Shown in pieces: positions 16,858-26,297 of a stretch of 32,000 nucleotides of DNA. The position numbers were made by a program, and so were the translations under genes. Under the pieces are notes generated by a model. That model was not told where the DNA came from, made no database searches, and was given only the letters and a program-made list of their open reading frames with translations. How positions within the stretch are numbered: the first letter of the stretch is position 1; each line of letters opens with the position of its first letter. The stretch covers positions 3,900,001 to 3,932,000 of the forward strand of contig NZ_CP015137.1 in NCBI RefSeq assembly GCF_001644705.1, in the 5' to 3' direction. The DNA comes from Dickeya solani IPO 2222. GTDB taxonomy: Bacteria > Pseudomonadota > Gammaproteobacteria > Enterobacterales > Enterobacteriaceae.

Positions 16858-18295
16858 CGCCGTCCCCCGTTGGCTGGTGGTGGTCAATGTGCTGCTCGGC
16901 ACCACGACCGTCAGCCTGAATAACAGTACGCTCAATCCGGCGCTGCCGGCGTTTATCGAGGTGTTTCATATCGGGCCGCTGCTCGCCACCTGGATCGTGG
17001 CGGCGTTCATGGTCAGCATGGGCATGACCATGCCGTTGACCGGCTATCTCGGGTACCGGCTGGGCAACAAACCGCTCTATTTGCTGGGCGTGGCGCTGTT
17101 TATCAGCGGTTCGCTGTTGGGGATGCTGGCGGATTCCATCTCGCTGGTGATCGCCGCCCGGACGGTGCAGGGCGTCGCCAGCGGGTTGATGATCCCGCTG
17201 TCGTTGACGCTGATTTTTTCGGTGTACCCCAAACAGGAACGGGGCGGCATTACCGGCGTCTGGGGCGCCATCGTGATGCTGGCCCCGGCGCTGGGGCCGC
17301 TGTGCGGCGGCATTCTGCTGGAGTGGTTCAGCTGGCGGGCGCTGTTCGCCATGAACATTCCTGTCGGCGCGCTGGCGCTGCTGATGGGGCTGGTGGTGCT
17401 GCCGAAAACCGCACCGGGTGAGCGCAAACCGTTCGATATGACCGGCTATGTGTTGGTGTCCGCCGGCATCGGGTTGCTGATGGTCGGCGCCGGACGATTG
17501 CATCATGCCGCGGCGCTGGCTAATCCACTCAATCTCCTGATGCTACTGGCGGCTGCGGTTTGCCTGACCGCGTTTGTCCGCGTCGAGCTGCGTAAGCGCG
17601 AACCGCTGCTTAACCTGCGTATTTTTCAACTGCACGGCTATCGGCTGAGCGTGGTGATCGCCGTGGTGCAGTCGGTCGGGATGTTCGAGTGTCTGGTGTT
17701 GTTGCCGATGCTGGTGCAGATGGTGATGGGGTACAGCGCTATCTGGACCGGGCTGGCGCTGTTGTGCACCGCGCTGTTCGCCAGCCTGTTCGGCAAGATA
17801 GGCGGCAGCCTGCTCGACCGTCACGGCCCGTCGCGGGTAGTGGGCGTCGGGGTATTGCTGACCGCGCTGGCGACCGTCGGGTTGGGCATGGCGGGCGCGC
17901 AGACGTCGATTGGCGTGGTGTTCGGCTGGATGATGCTGCGCGGTGCCGGGCTGGGGCTGTCCTACATGCCGGTCACCACCGCCGGGCTGAATGTGCTGCC
18001 GGAAATTCTGGTCACGCAGGGCGCCGCGATGAACAACATTTCGCGTCGGCTGGTGTCGTCGCTGGCAATCGTGATGGCGTCGCTGTACCTCGAATTCCGG
18101 CTGGCGGACAGCGGGCTGGCGCACGAAGCCGTACGCGCCGCCGCCATCAGCGAAACCTTTATCGCCACCGGCATGCTGATCTTACTGGCGCTGCCGTGCG
18201 CCCTGCGTTTTCCCACGGCAACCGATGAGGCGGCGGCGAACGCCCTATTGGCCGGCGCGTCGACGTTGCCGGCAGGTACGCGGGAGTCGCGCTGA
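16847..18295 (+). CDS. yhcA: MFS (DHA2/EmrB-like, 14-TMS type) transporter, presumed achromobactin exporter
   Basis: A highly hydrophobic 482-aa protein with MFS motifs (GYLGYRLGNKPL, RTVQGVASG). The GTG start overlaps the acsE stop by 11 nt. It occupies the yhcA position in the acs locus. Confidence 0.88.
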   Translation: MWNNAVPRWLVVVNVLLGTTTVSLNNSTLNPALPAFIEVFHIGPLLATWIVAAFMVSMGMTMPLTGYLGYRLGNKPLYLLGVALFISGSLLGMLADSISLVIAARTVQGVASGLMIPLSLTLIFSVYPKQERGGITGVWGAIVMLAPALGPLCGGILLEWFSWRALFAMNIPVGALALLMGLVVLPKTAPGERKPFDMTGYVLVSAGIGLLMVGAGRLHHAAALANPLNLLMLLAAAVCLTAFVRVELRKREPLLNLRIFQLHGYRLSVVIAVVQSVGMFECLVLLPMLVQMVMGYSAIWTGLALLCTALFASLFGKIGGSLLDRHGPSRVVGVGVLLTALATVGLGMAGAQTSIGVVFGWMMLRGAGLGLSYMPVTTAGLNVLPEILVTQGAAMNNISRRLVSSLAIVMASLYLEFRLADSGLAHEAVRAAAISETFIATGMLILLALPCALRFPTATDEAAANALLAGASTLPAGTRESR

Positions 18296-18317
18296 GGCGT
18301 GACGGATTACCCGCCAT

Positions 18318-18370
18318 GTTGTTTTACTGATGATGTTGTTTTTACTGACAACGTTATTTTTACTGACAAG
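18318..18370 (+). repeat. 17/18-bp tandem repeat x3 in the yhcA-acsC spacer
   Basis: Units are gttgttttactgatgat (18318-18334), gttgtttttactgacaac (18335-18352) and gttatttttactgacaag (18353-18370). Confidence 0.9.
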
Positions 18371-18383
18371 GTTAAGAGATCGT

Positions 18384-20240
18384 ATGGAAACATTATCCCC
18401 CGTCGTATTTCAGGACACCGCCTGCGACTGGCTGCCGCACATGGATGCGCAGCGTTATCAGCTGGTGGAACAGCGTGTGGTCGGGCAACTGCTGCAAACG
18501 CTGCTGTACGAGGATGTGCTGCCTTATCGTCGCACGCCGATCGGCGACGGCAACAGCCAGTTTGCGATAACCGGGCGCGATGCGCAGCAGGTGCCGGTGG
18601 AGTACCGCTGCAACGGGTTGTTTAGCGACAGCTTCGACCTGATCCGCCTCGACTACGCCAGCGTGCGTCGTATCGGTCCTGACGGCGACGCGCAGTCGCC
18701 CAACCTGCATCAGATGCTGGAAGAACTGCTGGGCGAGCAGGAGAGCAATCCATTCCTGACGCGTTTCGTACAGGAACTGGAGCAGACCCAACTGAAGGAT
18801 TTGCAGTCGCGAGCGCAGGATTATCAACCCGGAAAACCGGCGCATCAGCTCAGTTTCGACCAGCTGGAGCGCCACTTTATGGACGCCCACAGCTACCATC
18901 CCTGCTACAAGTCGCGTATCGGCTTCAGCCTGCAGGATAATGCCCAGTGGGGGCCGGAGTTCGGCCAGCCTTTCGCCATCGTCTGGCTGGCGCTGGCGAA
19001 GCCTCTGGCGTCTGCCAACCACTCGTCCAAACTGGATCTGGACGATTTCCTGCAAACCGAATTCGGCGCGGCGCGCTGGCAGGCGTTTGGCGAACAGCTG
19101 GCGCGTCAGGGGCGCAAAGCGCAAGACTATCAACTGATACCGGTGCACCCGTGGCAGTGGAAAAACGTGATTGCGCCGGTGTTTTATCCGGAGCTGGTCA
19201 GCGGCGAGCTGATTTACCTCGGCGCTTCCGATGACCGCTGGCAGGCGCAGCAGTCCATCCGTACGCTGGCTAACGTGACGGAGAAAACGCGCCCTTACGT
19301 CAAGCTGGCGATGAGCATGACCAACACCTCCAGCACCCGCATTCTGGCGCGGCACACGGTAATGAACGGACCGATCATCACCGACTGGCTGCAGCAGTTG
19401 ATCGACACCGACCAGACCGCCCGTAACCTGAAATTCGTGATTCTCGGCGAGGTCGCCGGCGTGAGTTTCGACACCCAGCCGCTGCCCGCCACCCGTATGG
19501 CGCAGGCCTACGGCGTGATGGGCGCGATCTGGCGCGAAAGCATCCATCAGTATTTACAACCGGACGAACAGGCGGTGCCGTTCAACGGGTTGAGCCATGT
19601 CGAACACCGTTACGACGGCGGCGAGCAAGCGCCGTTTATCGATGCCTGGATTCGTCAGTACGGGCTGGAAGCCTGGACCCGTCAGCTGCTGCAAGTCACC
19701 GTGTCACCGATCATCCACATGCTGTACGCCGAAGGCATCGGCATGGAGTCGCACGGTCAGAATATCGTGCTGGTGGTGCGCGATGGCTGGCCGCAGCGTA
19801 TTGCGCTTAAAGATTTCCACGATGGCGTGCGTTATTCGCCGGACCATCTGGCGCGCCCCGCCATGCGCCCGGATCTGGTGCCGCTGCCCGCCAGCCACGC
19901 CAAAATCAACCGCAATTCCTTCATTCTTACCGAGGATGTCAACGCGGTGCGTGATTTCACCTGCGACTCGTTCTTCTTCATCTGTCTGGCGGAAATGGCG
20001 ATCTTCCTGCGCCGACATTACCCACTGCCGGAAGCGCAGTTCTGGGAAATGACGGCGGAGGTGGTGCTGCGTTATCAGGCCGAGCATCCGCAACACCGCT
20101 CGCGCTACAGCTTGTTTGATGTGTTTGCGCCGACCTACGAGGTGGAGGAGCTAACCAAACGCCGGTTGCTGGGCGACGGCGAGCGCCGCTTTAAATCGGT
20201 GCCGAACCCGTTGCACCTGTTCAGACCGTCGTCATGCTAA
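18384..20240 (+). CDS. acsC: NIS siderophore synthetase AcsC (type C, IucA/IucC family)
   Basis: IucA/IucC motifs (HPCYKSR, IPVHPWQW, MESHGQNIVLV). I prefer ATG 18384 (METLSPV). The track start at 18330 would add an 18-aa repeat-encoded hydrophobic extension. Confidence 0.9.
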   Translation: METLSPVVFQDTACDWLPHMDAQRYQLVEQRVVGQLLQTLLYEDVLPYRRTPIGDGNSQFAITGRDAQQVPVEYRCNGLFSDSFDLIRLDYASVRRIGPDGDAQSPNLHQMLEELLGEQESNPFLTRFVQELEQTQLKDLQSRAQDYQPGKPAHQLSFDQLERHFMDAHSYHPCYKSRIGFSLQDNAQWGPEFGQPFAIVWLALAKPLASANHSSKLDLDDFLQTEFGAARWQAFGEQLARQGRKAQDYQLIPVHPWQWKNVIAPVFYPELVSGELIYLGASDDRWQAQQSIRTLANVTEKTRPYVKLAMSMTNTSSTRILARHTVMNGPIITDWLQQLIDTDQTARNLKFVILGEVAGVSFDTQPLPATRMAQAYGVMGAIWRESIHQYLQPDEQAVPFNGLSHVEHRYDGGEQAPFIDAWIRQYGLEAWTRQLLQVTVSPIIHMLYAEGIGMESHGQNIVLVVRDGWPQRIALKDFHDGVRYSPDHLARPAMRPDLVPLPASHAKINRNSFILTEDVNAVRDFTCDSFFFICLAEMAIFLRRHYPLPEAQFWEMTAEVVLRYQAEHPQHRSRYSLFDVFAPTYEVEELTKRRLLGDGERRFKSVPNPLHLFRPSSC

Positions 20241-21010
20241 GAACCAACCAACTCAAGCGCAAGCTGGCGGCGGGTTCGCCGGTATACGGGTTGATTGCCT
20301 CGATCCCTTCACCGGTGTCGGTGGAGTTGATCGCCGAAGCCGGGTTCGATTTCGTGATTATCGATACCGAACATGTGCTGATTAACCCGGAAACGGTGGA
20401 GAACATGATCCGGGTGGCGGAAAGCTACGCGCTGACGCCGCTGGTGCGCGTGGCCGACGCTAACCCCAAAACTATGCTGCGCCTGCTGGACGGCGGCGCG
20501 CAGGGCATCGTGCTGCCGATGGTGGAACAGGCCGAGCAGGTACGCGCGGCGGTGCGCGCCTGCCACTACCACCCGCAGGGCGAGCGCAGCCTTAACAGCG
20601 GCCGTCCCGGCGCATTCGGCAAGCACAGCCTGGCGGAATACGTTGCGCTGGCGAACCGGGAAATCATGCTGGTGGCGATGATCGAAAGCGCCGAGGGCGT
20701 GCGTCAGGCCGACGCGATCGCCGCTGTAGAGGGGCTGGACATGATTCTCGAAGGCGCGGCGGATCTCTCCCAGTCGCTGGGGATGCCGTGGCAGACCGCG
20801 GCAGCGCCGGTGCAGGCGGCGCTGGCCGAGGTGCGGCGGGCCGCCGACGCGCATGCCGTGGCGTATTGCGCCATTCCCCGCCAGCACGACGATCATGCAC
20901 GCTGGCGCGAGCAGGGCGTGCACGCTTTTGTATTGGGCGACGAACGCGGTATCGCGTTTCGTGCTTTACAGGCCAGACTGGCCGCAACGATTTCAGCAGA
21001 AGGACAATGA
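20234..21010 (+). CDS. acsB: HpcH/HpaI aldolase / citrate-lyase-beta-like protein AcsB
   Basis: HpcH/HpaI-family pattern: FDFVIIDTEH, GAQGIVLPMV and IESAEGV. ATG 20234 overlaps the acsC stop (atgctaa). Confidence 0.88.
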   Translation: MLRTNQLKRKLAAGSPVYGLIASIPSPVSVELIAEAGFDFVIIDTEHVLINPETVENMIRVAESYALTPLVRVADANPKTMLRLLDGGAQGIVLPMVEQAEQVRAAVRACHYHPQGERSLNSGRPGAFGKHSLAEYVALANREIMLVAMIESAEGVRQADAIAAVEGLDMILEGAADLSQSLGMPWQTAAAPVQAALAEVRRAADAHAVAYCAIPRQHDDHARWREQGVHAFVLGDERGIAFRALQARLAATISAEGQ

Positions 21011-21013
21011 TCC

Positions 21014-21043
21014 GATGGAAGGTAATGTGATGGACAGTAATGC
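21014..21043 (+). repeat. 15-bp tandem repeat x2 (plus a partial third) at the acsA start
   Basis: gatggaaggtaatgt (21014-21028) and gatggacagtaatgc (21029-21043), then gatgaaaa. This gives three in-frame ATGs at 21015, 21030 and 21045. Confidence 0.85.
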
Positions 21044-22958
21044 GATGAAAACGACGTCTCACTACAAGGATGCCGGTCACAGCGTGATGCAGGATCTGGT
21101 GGATTGCCTGCTGGCCGAGGAGTTCTTTGGCCCGCAACTCCTGGCGTTGTACACCCCCAATGAGTGGCGGCAGCAGTACGGCCAACCGGTGCCGTTCGGC
21201 GCACTGGATAGCGCGGCCTGCCTGTGGCGCTGGTGCAGCGACGAACGTGAACAGCGTCATCTGGTGGTGGCGTTGCGCCCCGGTATTACCCAGCGTTGGG
21301 AAAAAGTGCCGGACACGATGGTTTACGCCTGGCAGCAGGGCGGCAATGACTGGCGTGAACTGGAGCCGGAAAGCTTTATGAATCTGGTGTTCGCCGGCCA
21401 GCACGGTGAAGAAGGCAATGCCGGTGACACTCATGCCGCGGAAAATAATGCTAAAGGGCAGGCGCTGTTTCTGGATGTGCTTAACACCAGCGTCGAGCAG
21501 ACCGCGCTGTCGCGCGAGCACCGCATCGATACCGATAACCTGCTGACGCGCAGCAACGCCGATTTCTTCCATGTGATGGAGCGGTGGGCGTCGCTGCGCG
21601 ATCGTCCGTTCCACCCGACGGCGAAAGCCAAACAGGGGCTGAATGCGGAAGAATACCGCCGCTACGTGGCCGAGTTCGCCGAGCCGGTGGCGCTGAACTG
21701 GGTGGCGGTGGCGAAAGATCGCCTGCAATGCGGCGACGGCATCAGCGATACGGCTGACCAGTATCCGGCGGGCTATTTGCTGCCGCAGGCGGAACAGGTT
21801 GCACTGCAACAGGAACTGGCTGCGCGCGGTATCGCCGACACCCACATCGCCTTGCCGGTGCACCCGTGGCAGTTCGACCACATTCTGGAAACCCAACTGG
21901 GCGACGCCTTTCGCAACGGCGACTGCCACCGGCTGGATTTCAGCGCCGCCCGCTATCTGCCGACCTCGTCACTGCGCTCAATGACGCCGTGCTTCGCCAG
22001 CGCCGATTACCTCAAACTGCCGATGGCGGTCTATTCACTGGGGGCGTCGCGTTACCTGCCGGCGGTGAAAATGATCAACGGCGGGCTGAGCGAAGCGCTG
22101 CTGCGTCAGGCACATGACAAGGACGCGGTGTTGCAGGAACGGCTTTACCTGTGCGACGAAGGCAAGTGGTGGGCGTTTATGCCGCCGCAGGCCACGTTGT
22201 TTGACGAAGCGCCGCGCCACCTGTCGGCGATGGTGCGCAGTTATCCGTCAGCGCTGTTCGACGACCCGGACTACCGCCTGATGCCGATGGCGGCGCTGGG
22301 TACGCCGCTGCCGGGCAGCAGCCGTCATTTCTTTGACGACTGGCTGGCGTATCGCGGCTTGCCGACGAACGCCGATTCGGTCTTGACATTGTTCGCTGAG
22401 CTTTGTCATTGTTTCTTCGACATTAATTTCCGCATGTTCCGGTTGGGGATGCTGGGCGAGATCCACGGCCAGAATGCGGTGCTGGTATGGAAAGCCGGTC
22501 AGGCCCACGGCCTGCTGCTGCGCGATCACGACTCGCTGCGCATCCACGTGCCGACGCTGGAACAGAACGGCATGCAGGACCCGATGTACCGTATCAAGCA
22601 GGGCCATGCCAACACGCTTTACCACGAGCGTCTGGACGATCTGCTGTTCTGGCTGCAAACGCTGGGCATTCAGGTCAACATGCGGGCGATTATCGAAACG
22701 CTGTCGCTGACCTATGAGGTGGAAGCCGCGACGCTGTGGGGCGTGATGCGCCGTGAAATCAACGGCGCCATTGACCGTGCCGGCTTTGCCGCCGACACGC
22801 AGGCGATGCTGAAAACCCGCTTGTTCGACGCGCCGAACTGGCCGCAGAAACTGCTGATTACCCCGATGATCGCCCGCGCCGGCGGACCGGGGAGTATGCC
22901 GTTCGGCAAGGGGGAAGTGATTAATCCATTTCAGTCCATTATTGTTAACAAACAATAG
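21015..22958 (+). CDS. acsA: NIS siderophore synthetase AcsA (type B, IucA/IucC family)
   Basis: IucA/IucC motifs (FHPTAKAKQG, LPVHPWQF, GEIHGQNAVLV). The start is ambiguous among ATG 21015, 21030 (best SD, GGAAGG) and 21045. The track start at 20853 lies inside acsB and I rejected it. Confidence 0.9.
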   Translation: MEGNVMDSNAMKTTSHYKDAGHSVMQDLVDCLLAEEFFGPQLLALYTPNEWRQQYGQPVPFGALDSAACLWRWCSDEREQRHLVVALRPGITQRWEKVPDTMVYAWQQGGNDWRELEPESFMNLVFAGQHGEEGNAGDTHAAENNAKGQALFLDVLNTSVEQTALSREHRIDTDNLLTRSNADFFHVMERWASLRDRPFHPTAKAKQGLNAEEYRRYVAEFAEPVALNWVAVAKDRLQCGDGISDTADQYPAGYLLPQAEQVALQQELAARGIADTHIALPVHPWQFDHILETQLGDAFRNGDCHRLDFSAARYLPTSSLRSMTPCFASADYLKLPMAVYSLGASRYLPAVKMINGGLSEALLRQAHDKDAVLQERLYLCDEGKWWAFMPPQATLFDEAPRHLSAMVRSYPSALFDDPDYRLMPMAALGTPLPGSSRHFFDDWLAYRGLPTNADSVLTLFAELCHCFFDINFRMFRLGMLGEIHGQNAVLVWKAGQAHGLLLRDHDSLRIHVPTLEQNGMQDPMYRIKQGHANTLYHERLDDLLFWLQTLGIQVNMRAIIETLSLTYEVEAATLWGVMRREINGAIDRAGFAADTQAMLKTRLFDAPNWPQKLLITPMIARAGGPGSMPFGKGEVINPFQSIIVNKQ

Positions 22959-23054
22959 GGTGTCTTTGTCGTTATCGGGTTCATGTAAGGGCAGAGAGAA
23001 ATTTCGTGCGGGATAAGCTACGGCTCACTTTTGCGACGTTATCGCACGCACGAC

Positions 23055-23083
23055 AAGGAGAGGCTCAAACGCCGCCTCTCCTT
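23055..23083. other. 10-bp perfect stem-loop downstream of acsA
   Basis: aaggagaggc (23055-23064) pairs with gcctctcctt (23074-23083) over a 9-nt loop. No T-run follows. Confidence 0.5.
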
Positions 23084-23101
23084 GACCACTGGCTGGTGGC
23101 T

Positions 23102-23239
23102 AAACTGTGCCGCTGCGCGGTGCCTTCGGCGTTCGCCTTCGCTGTTCGGGCCGCCCGTGACGCGTTCCAGACGCGGCACGGGCTTTCGCCGCGTCCATGC
23201 GGCTCACCCGGCGAAGACGAACACCTCAGCACAGTTTTT
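23102..23239. repeat. ~138-bp GC-rich imperfect palindromic element (REP/MITE-like) ending in T5
   Basis: The ends are inverted: aaactgtgc (23102-23110) against gcacagttt (23229-23237), and gttcgccttcgc against gcgaagacgaac (11/12). The inner arms also pair (cgggccgcccgtgacgcg with cgcgtccatgcggctcacccg). A central alternative hairpin is cgtgacgcg..cgcggcacg. A T-run lies at 23235-23239. Confidence 0.6.
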
Positions 23240-23310
23240 GACGCCAGAGATCTCCTTTCTGAACTTAATGGGTTGGTCATCACTATGGAAAAGGCAGATC
23301 ACATAGAATC

Positions 23311-24228
23311 GTGAATGAGTATTTACTTTCGCGCCGCCGATTGCTGCGGTTGTCGTTAAGCCTGTTGCCACTGGGACTGGGCCGGCCTGCGCTGGCCCAG
23401 TCCTTGTTTATGCCGCAACGGGTCATTACCCTGTTTCAGGGCGCCACGGATACCGCGGTGGCGCTGGGGATAACGCCCGCCGGCGTAGTGGATTCGTGGA
23501 GCGAGAAGCCGATGTATCGCTACCTGCGTCAGGCGCTGGCCGGGGTGCCGCATGTGGGGCTGGAAACGCAACCCAGCCTGGAAGACATCGTGCTGCTGAA
23601 GCCCGACGCTATCGTCGCGTCGCGCTTTCGTCATCAGCGGCTGGAGCCGCTGCTGTCGCAGATTGCGCCGGTGGTGATGCTGGATGAAATCTATCAGTTC
23701 AAAAAAACGGTGCAGGTGATGGGGCAGGCGCTCCAGCGTCAGGCGGTGGCCGATCAGTTGCTGCAACACTGGCAGCAGCGGGTGAGCTGGCTGCGCGAGC
23801 AGTTGCAGCGCAAATTCGGCGGCGACTGGCCGCCGACCGTGTCGATACTGGATATCCGCGAAGACCATATCCGCAGCTATTTGCCCGGCAGTTTTCCCGG
23901 CTCGGTGCTGAGCGAATTGGGGTTCGGCTGGAGCGACGCCAGCCGAACCCAGCCGGGCGTGTCCCTCAAACTGACCAACAAAGAGAGCATCCCGGTGGTG
24001 GATGCCGACATCTTTTTCATTTTCCTGCGATCCGAGAGTCCGTCTGTGCAACGCAACTATGAATCCCTGATTCGCCACCCGCTGTGGCAGCAATTACGCG
24101 CCCCGCGGCGTAATCAGGTGTGGGTGGTGAATGGCGTCACCTGGAGCCTGTCCGGCGGTATTCTGGGCGCCAACATGATGCTGGACGATATCGCCCGGGT
24201 CACCGGCATCGCAGGAGGCGCGTCATGA
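23311..24228 (+). CDS. cbrA: Periplasmic ferric-achromobactin binding protein (FecB/FhuD-type)
   Basis: N-terminal twin-arginine-like signal ([24 protein letters not shown]) and a cluster-8 siderophore-binding-protein pattern. It starts with GTG and has a poor SD. It is the first gene of the cbrABCD arrangement downstream of acsA. Confidence 0.85.
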   Translation: MNEYLLSRRRLLRLSLSLLPLGLGRPALAQSLFMPQRVITLFQGATDTAVALGITPAGVVDSWSEKPMYRYLRQALAGVPHVGLETQPSLEDIVLLKPDAIVASRFRHQRLEPLLSQIAPVVMLDEIYQFKKTVQVMGQALQRQAVADQLLQHWQQRVSWLREQLQRKFGGDWPPTVSILDIREDHIRSYLPGSFPGSVLSELGFGWSDASRTQPGVSLKLTNKESIPVVDADIFFIFLRSESPSVQRNYESLIRHPLWQQLRAPRRNQVWVVNGVTWSLSGGILGANMMLDDIARVTGIAGGAS

Positions 24229-25247
24229 GTCATGCCGTGATACCGGCCGGGACGCGGATAGCGCCCGGTCAGGTGCTGGCGGGCGGCGGTGTTTGCCTGC
24301 TGGTGCTGGCCGTCCTCAGTCTGATGGTCGGGCCGATGTGGATTGCGCCGTCGCAGGTGTTGGGCGCGCTGTGGCACCCGGACCCGCTCAACGTCAGCCA
24401 TATTCTGGTCACCTCGACCCGCCTGTCCCGCACCCTGATCGCCATCGTGGTAGGCGCAAGTCTGGCGGTGGCGGGCGCGTTGATGCAGGTGCTGACACGC
24501 AACCCGCTGGCATCGCCGGGTCTGTTCGGCATCAACGCCGGGGCGATGTTTTTTCTGATTGTCTGTGTGTCGCTGTTTCCCAAAGTGGCGATGTCGGTGT
24601 GGCTGTGGTCGGCGTTTGCCGGTGCGGCGGTGGCCGGGTGTCTGGTGTGGCTGATCGGCACGATGGGCAAGGGCAGTCTTAACCCGTTGCGTATGGTGCT
24701 GGCGGGCGCGGCCATCACCGCCATGTTCGCCGCCTTCAGTCAGGCGATGCTGGTGGTGAATCAGGAAGGGCTGGATACGGTGCTGTTCTGGCTGGCGGGG
24801 TCGGTGGCCGATCGCGAACTGGCGATGGTGTTGCCGCTGATGGGCTACTGTCTGGCGGCGCTGGCAGGCGCACTGCTGCTGTCGGGGCAGGTCAACGTGC
24901 TGAACGCCGGGGAAGCCATCGCCCGTGGATTGGGGCAGCGCACCGGGCGCATCCGGCTGCTGATGAGCCTGCTGGTTGTGGCGTTGGCCGGCGGCGCGGT
25001 GGCGATGGCGGGCAGTATCGGCTTTGTCGGGCTGATTGTGCCGCACATGGCCCGCAAACTGTTGCCTGCCGACCACCGCTGGCTGCTGCCCGGCTGCGCG
25101 CTGCTGGGGGCGTGCCTGCTGCTGTTGGCGGATATCCTGGCGCGGGTGGTGATTGTGCCGCAGGAGGTGCCGGTTGGCGTGATGACCGCGCTGTTCGGCG
25201 CGCCGTTCTTTATTTTTCTGCTGCGGCGCGGAGGTCGTTATGGATAA
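24225..25247 (+). CDS. cbrB: Ferric-achromobactin ABC permease (FecCD family)
   Basis: FecCD motifs ([27 protein letters not shown]). ATG 24225 follows AGGAGG and overlaps the cbrA stop (ATGA). The track start at 24120 lies inside cbrA. Confidence 0.9.
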   Translation: MSHAVIPAGTRIAPGQVLAGGGVCLLVLAVLSLMVGPMWIAPSQVLGALWHPDPLNVSHILVTSTRLSRTLIAIVVGASLAVAGALMQVLTRNPLASPGLFGINAGAMFFLIVCVSLFPKVAMSVWLWSAFAGAAVAGCLVWLIGTMGKGSLNPLRMVLAGAAITAMFAAFSQAMLVVNQEGLDTVLFWLAGSVADRELAMVLPLMGYCLAALAGALLLSGQVNVLNAGEAIARGLGQRTGRIRLLMSLLVVALAGGAVAMAGSIGFVGLIVPHMARKLLPADHRWLLPGCALLGACLLLLADILARVVIVPQEVPVGVMTALFGAPFFIFLLRRGGRYG

Positions 25248-26289
25248 GCGTGGGGGCATGGATCATGTGCTGGTGTGGCGGCAGGGGCGTTTTTCCCGCC
25301 AGATCAACCTGACCACCGTCGGCCGGGTGTCGCTGGCGCTGTTGCTGGTGCTGGCGGTGATGGTGGCGTCGCTTGGCGTCGGCAAACTGATGTTGTCGCC
25401 GTGGGAGGTGGTGCGGGCGTTGTGGTCGTCGCAGCCTGAAGGCGCGGCGCTGATCGTGCAACAGTTACGGTTGCCGCGGGTGGTGCTGGCCGCATTGGTC
25501 GGCGGCGCGCTGGCGGTGTCCGGGCTGATTCTGCAAGCGATGATCCGCAATCCGCTGGCCTCGCCGGATATTCTGGGCATCACCAGCGGCGCCAGCGCGG
25601 CGGCGGTGTTCTACTTATCGTTTCTTAGCGCCACGCTGGGGGCGCACTACCTGCCGCTGGCGGCGATGATCGGCGCCGCGACGGCGGCGCTGGCGGTGTA
25701 TTGGCTGGCGTGGCAATCGGGCGTATCGCCGCAGCGGCTGGTGCTGACCGGCGTCGGCGTGTCGGCGTTGTTGATGGCGGCCACCACCTTCATGCTGGTG
25801 TTCAGCCCGCTGACCACCACGCTGTCGGCCTACGTCTGGCTGACCGGCAGCGTCTACGGCGCCAGCTGGCGCGAAACCCGCGAGCTGGGCGGCTGGCTGC
25901 TGCTGATTGCGCCGTGGCTGGTGTTGCTGGCGCGTCAGGTACGGGTGCAGCAACTGGATGACGGGTTGGCGCAAGGCATCGGCGTGCGGGTGCAGTGGCT
26001 GCGCGTGGCGTTGCTGCTGCTGAGCGTGGCGCTGGCGGGCGCGGCGATTGCCTGGGGCGGCGCGATGGCGTTCGTCGGGCTGATCGCGCCGCACATCGCC
26101 AAACGGCTGGTGGCGCCGGGGTTTGCCGGGCAGGCGGCGATGGCGTTTCTGAGCGGCGCCGGGCTGGTGATGGTGGCGGACCTGTGTGGGCGAACGCTGT
26201 TTTTGCCGCTGGATCTGCCCGCCGGGATTTTCGTATCGGCGCTGGGCGCGCCGTTCTTTCTGTATTTATTGATTAAACAACACCACTGA
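25240..26289 (+). CDS. cbrC: Ferric-achromobactin ABC permease (FecCD family)
   Basis: FecCD motifs ([28 protein letters not shown]). The ATG overlaps the cbrB stop by 8 nt. Confidence 0.9.
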   Translation: MDKRGGMDHVLVWRQGRFSRQINLTTVGRVSLALLLVLAVMVASLGVGKLMLSPWEVVRALWSSQPEGAALIVQQLRLPRVVLAALVGGALAVSGLILQAMIRNPLASPDILGITSGASAAAVFYLSFLSATLGAHYLPLAAMIGAATAALAVYWLAWQSGVSPQRLVLTGVGVSALLMAATTFMLVFSPLTTTLSAYVWLTGSVYGASWRETRELGGWLLLIAPWLVLLARQVRVQQLDDGLAQGIGVRVQWLRVALLLLSVALAGAAIAWGGAMAFVGLIAPHIAKRLVAPGFAGQAAMAFLSGAGLVMVADLCGRTLFLPLDLPAGIFVSALGAPFFLYLLIKQHH

Positions 26290-26297
26290 GGAAACGG

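Noticed and set aside
23006-23314. 102-aa ORF (and overlapping 91-aa and 72-aa ORFs) in the acsA-cbrA gap.
   Set aside because: The region is better explained by a long imperfect palindromic element. All three frames are open simply because of GC richness, there is no SD, and the translation has no domain-like features.
23240-23330. A Fur box upstream of cbrA (for example gaatcgtgaatgagtattt).
   Set aside because: The match to GATAATGATAATCATTATC or to hexamer arrays is poor, so I do not call it. The absence is noted in the acsA-cbrA finding.
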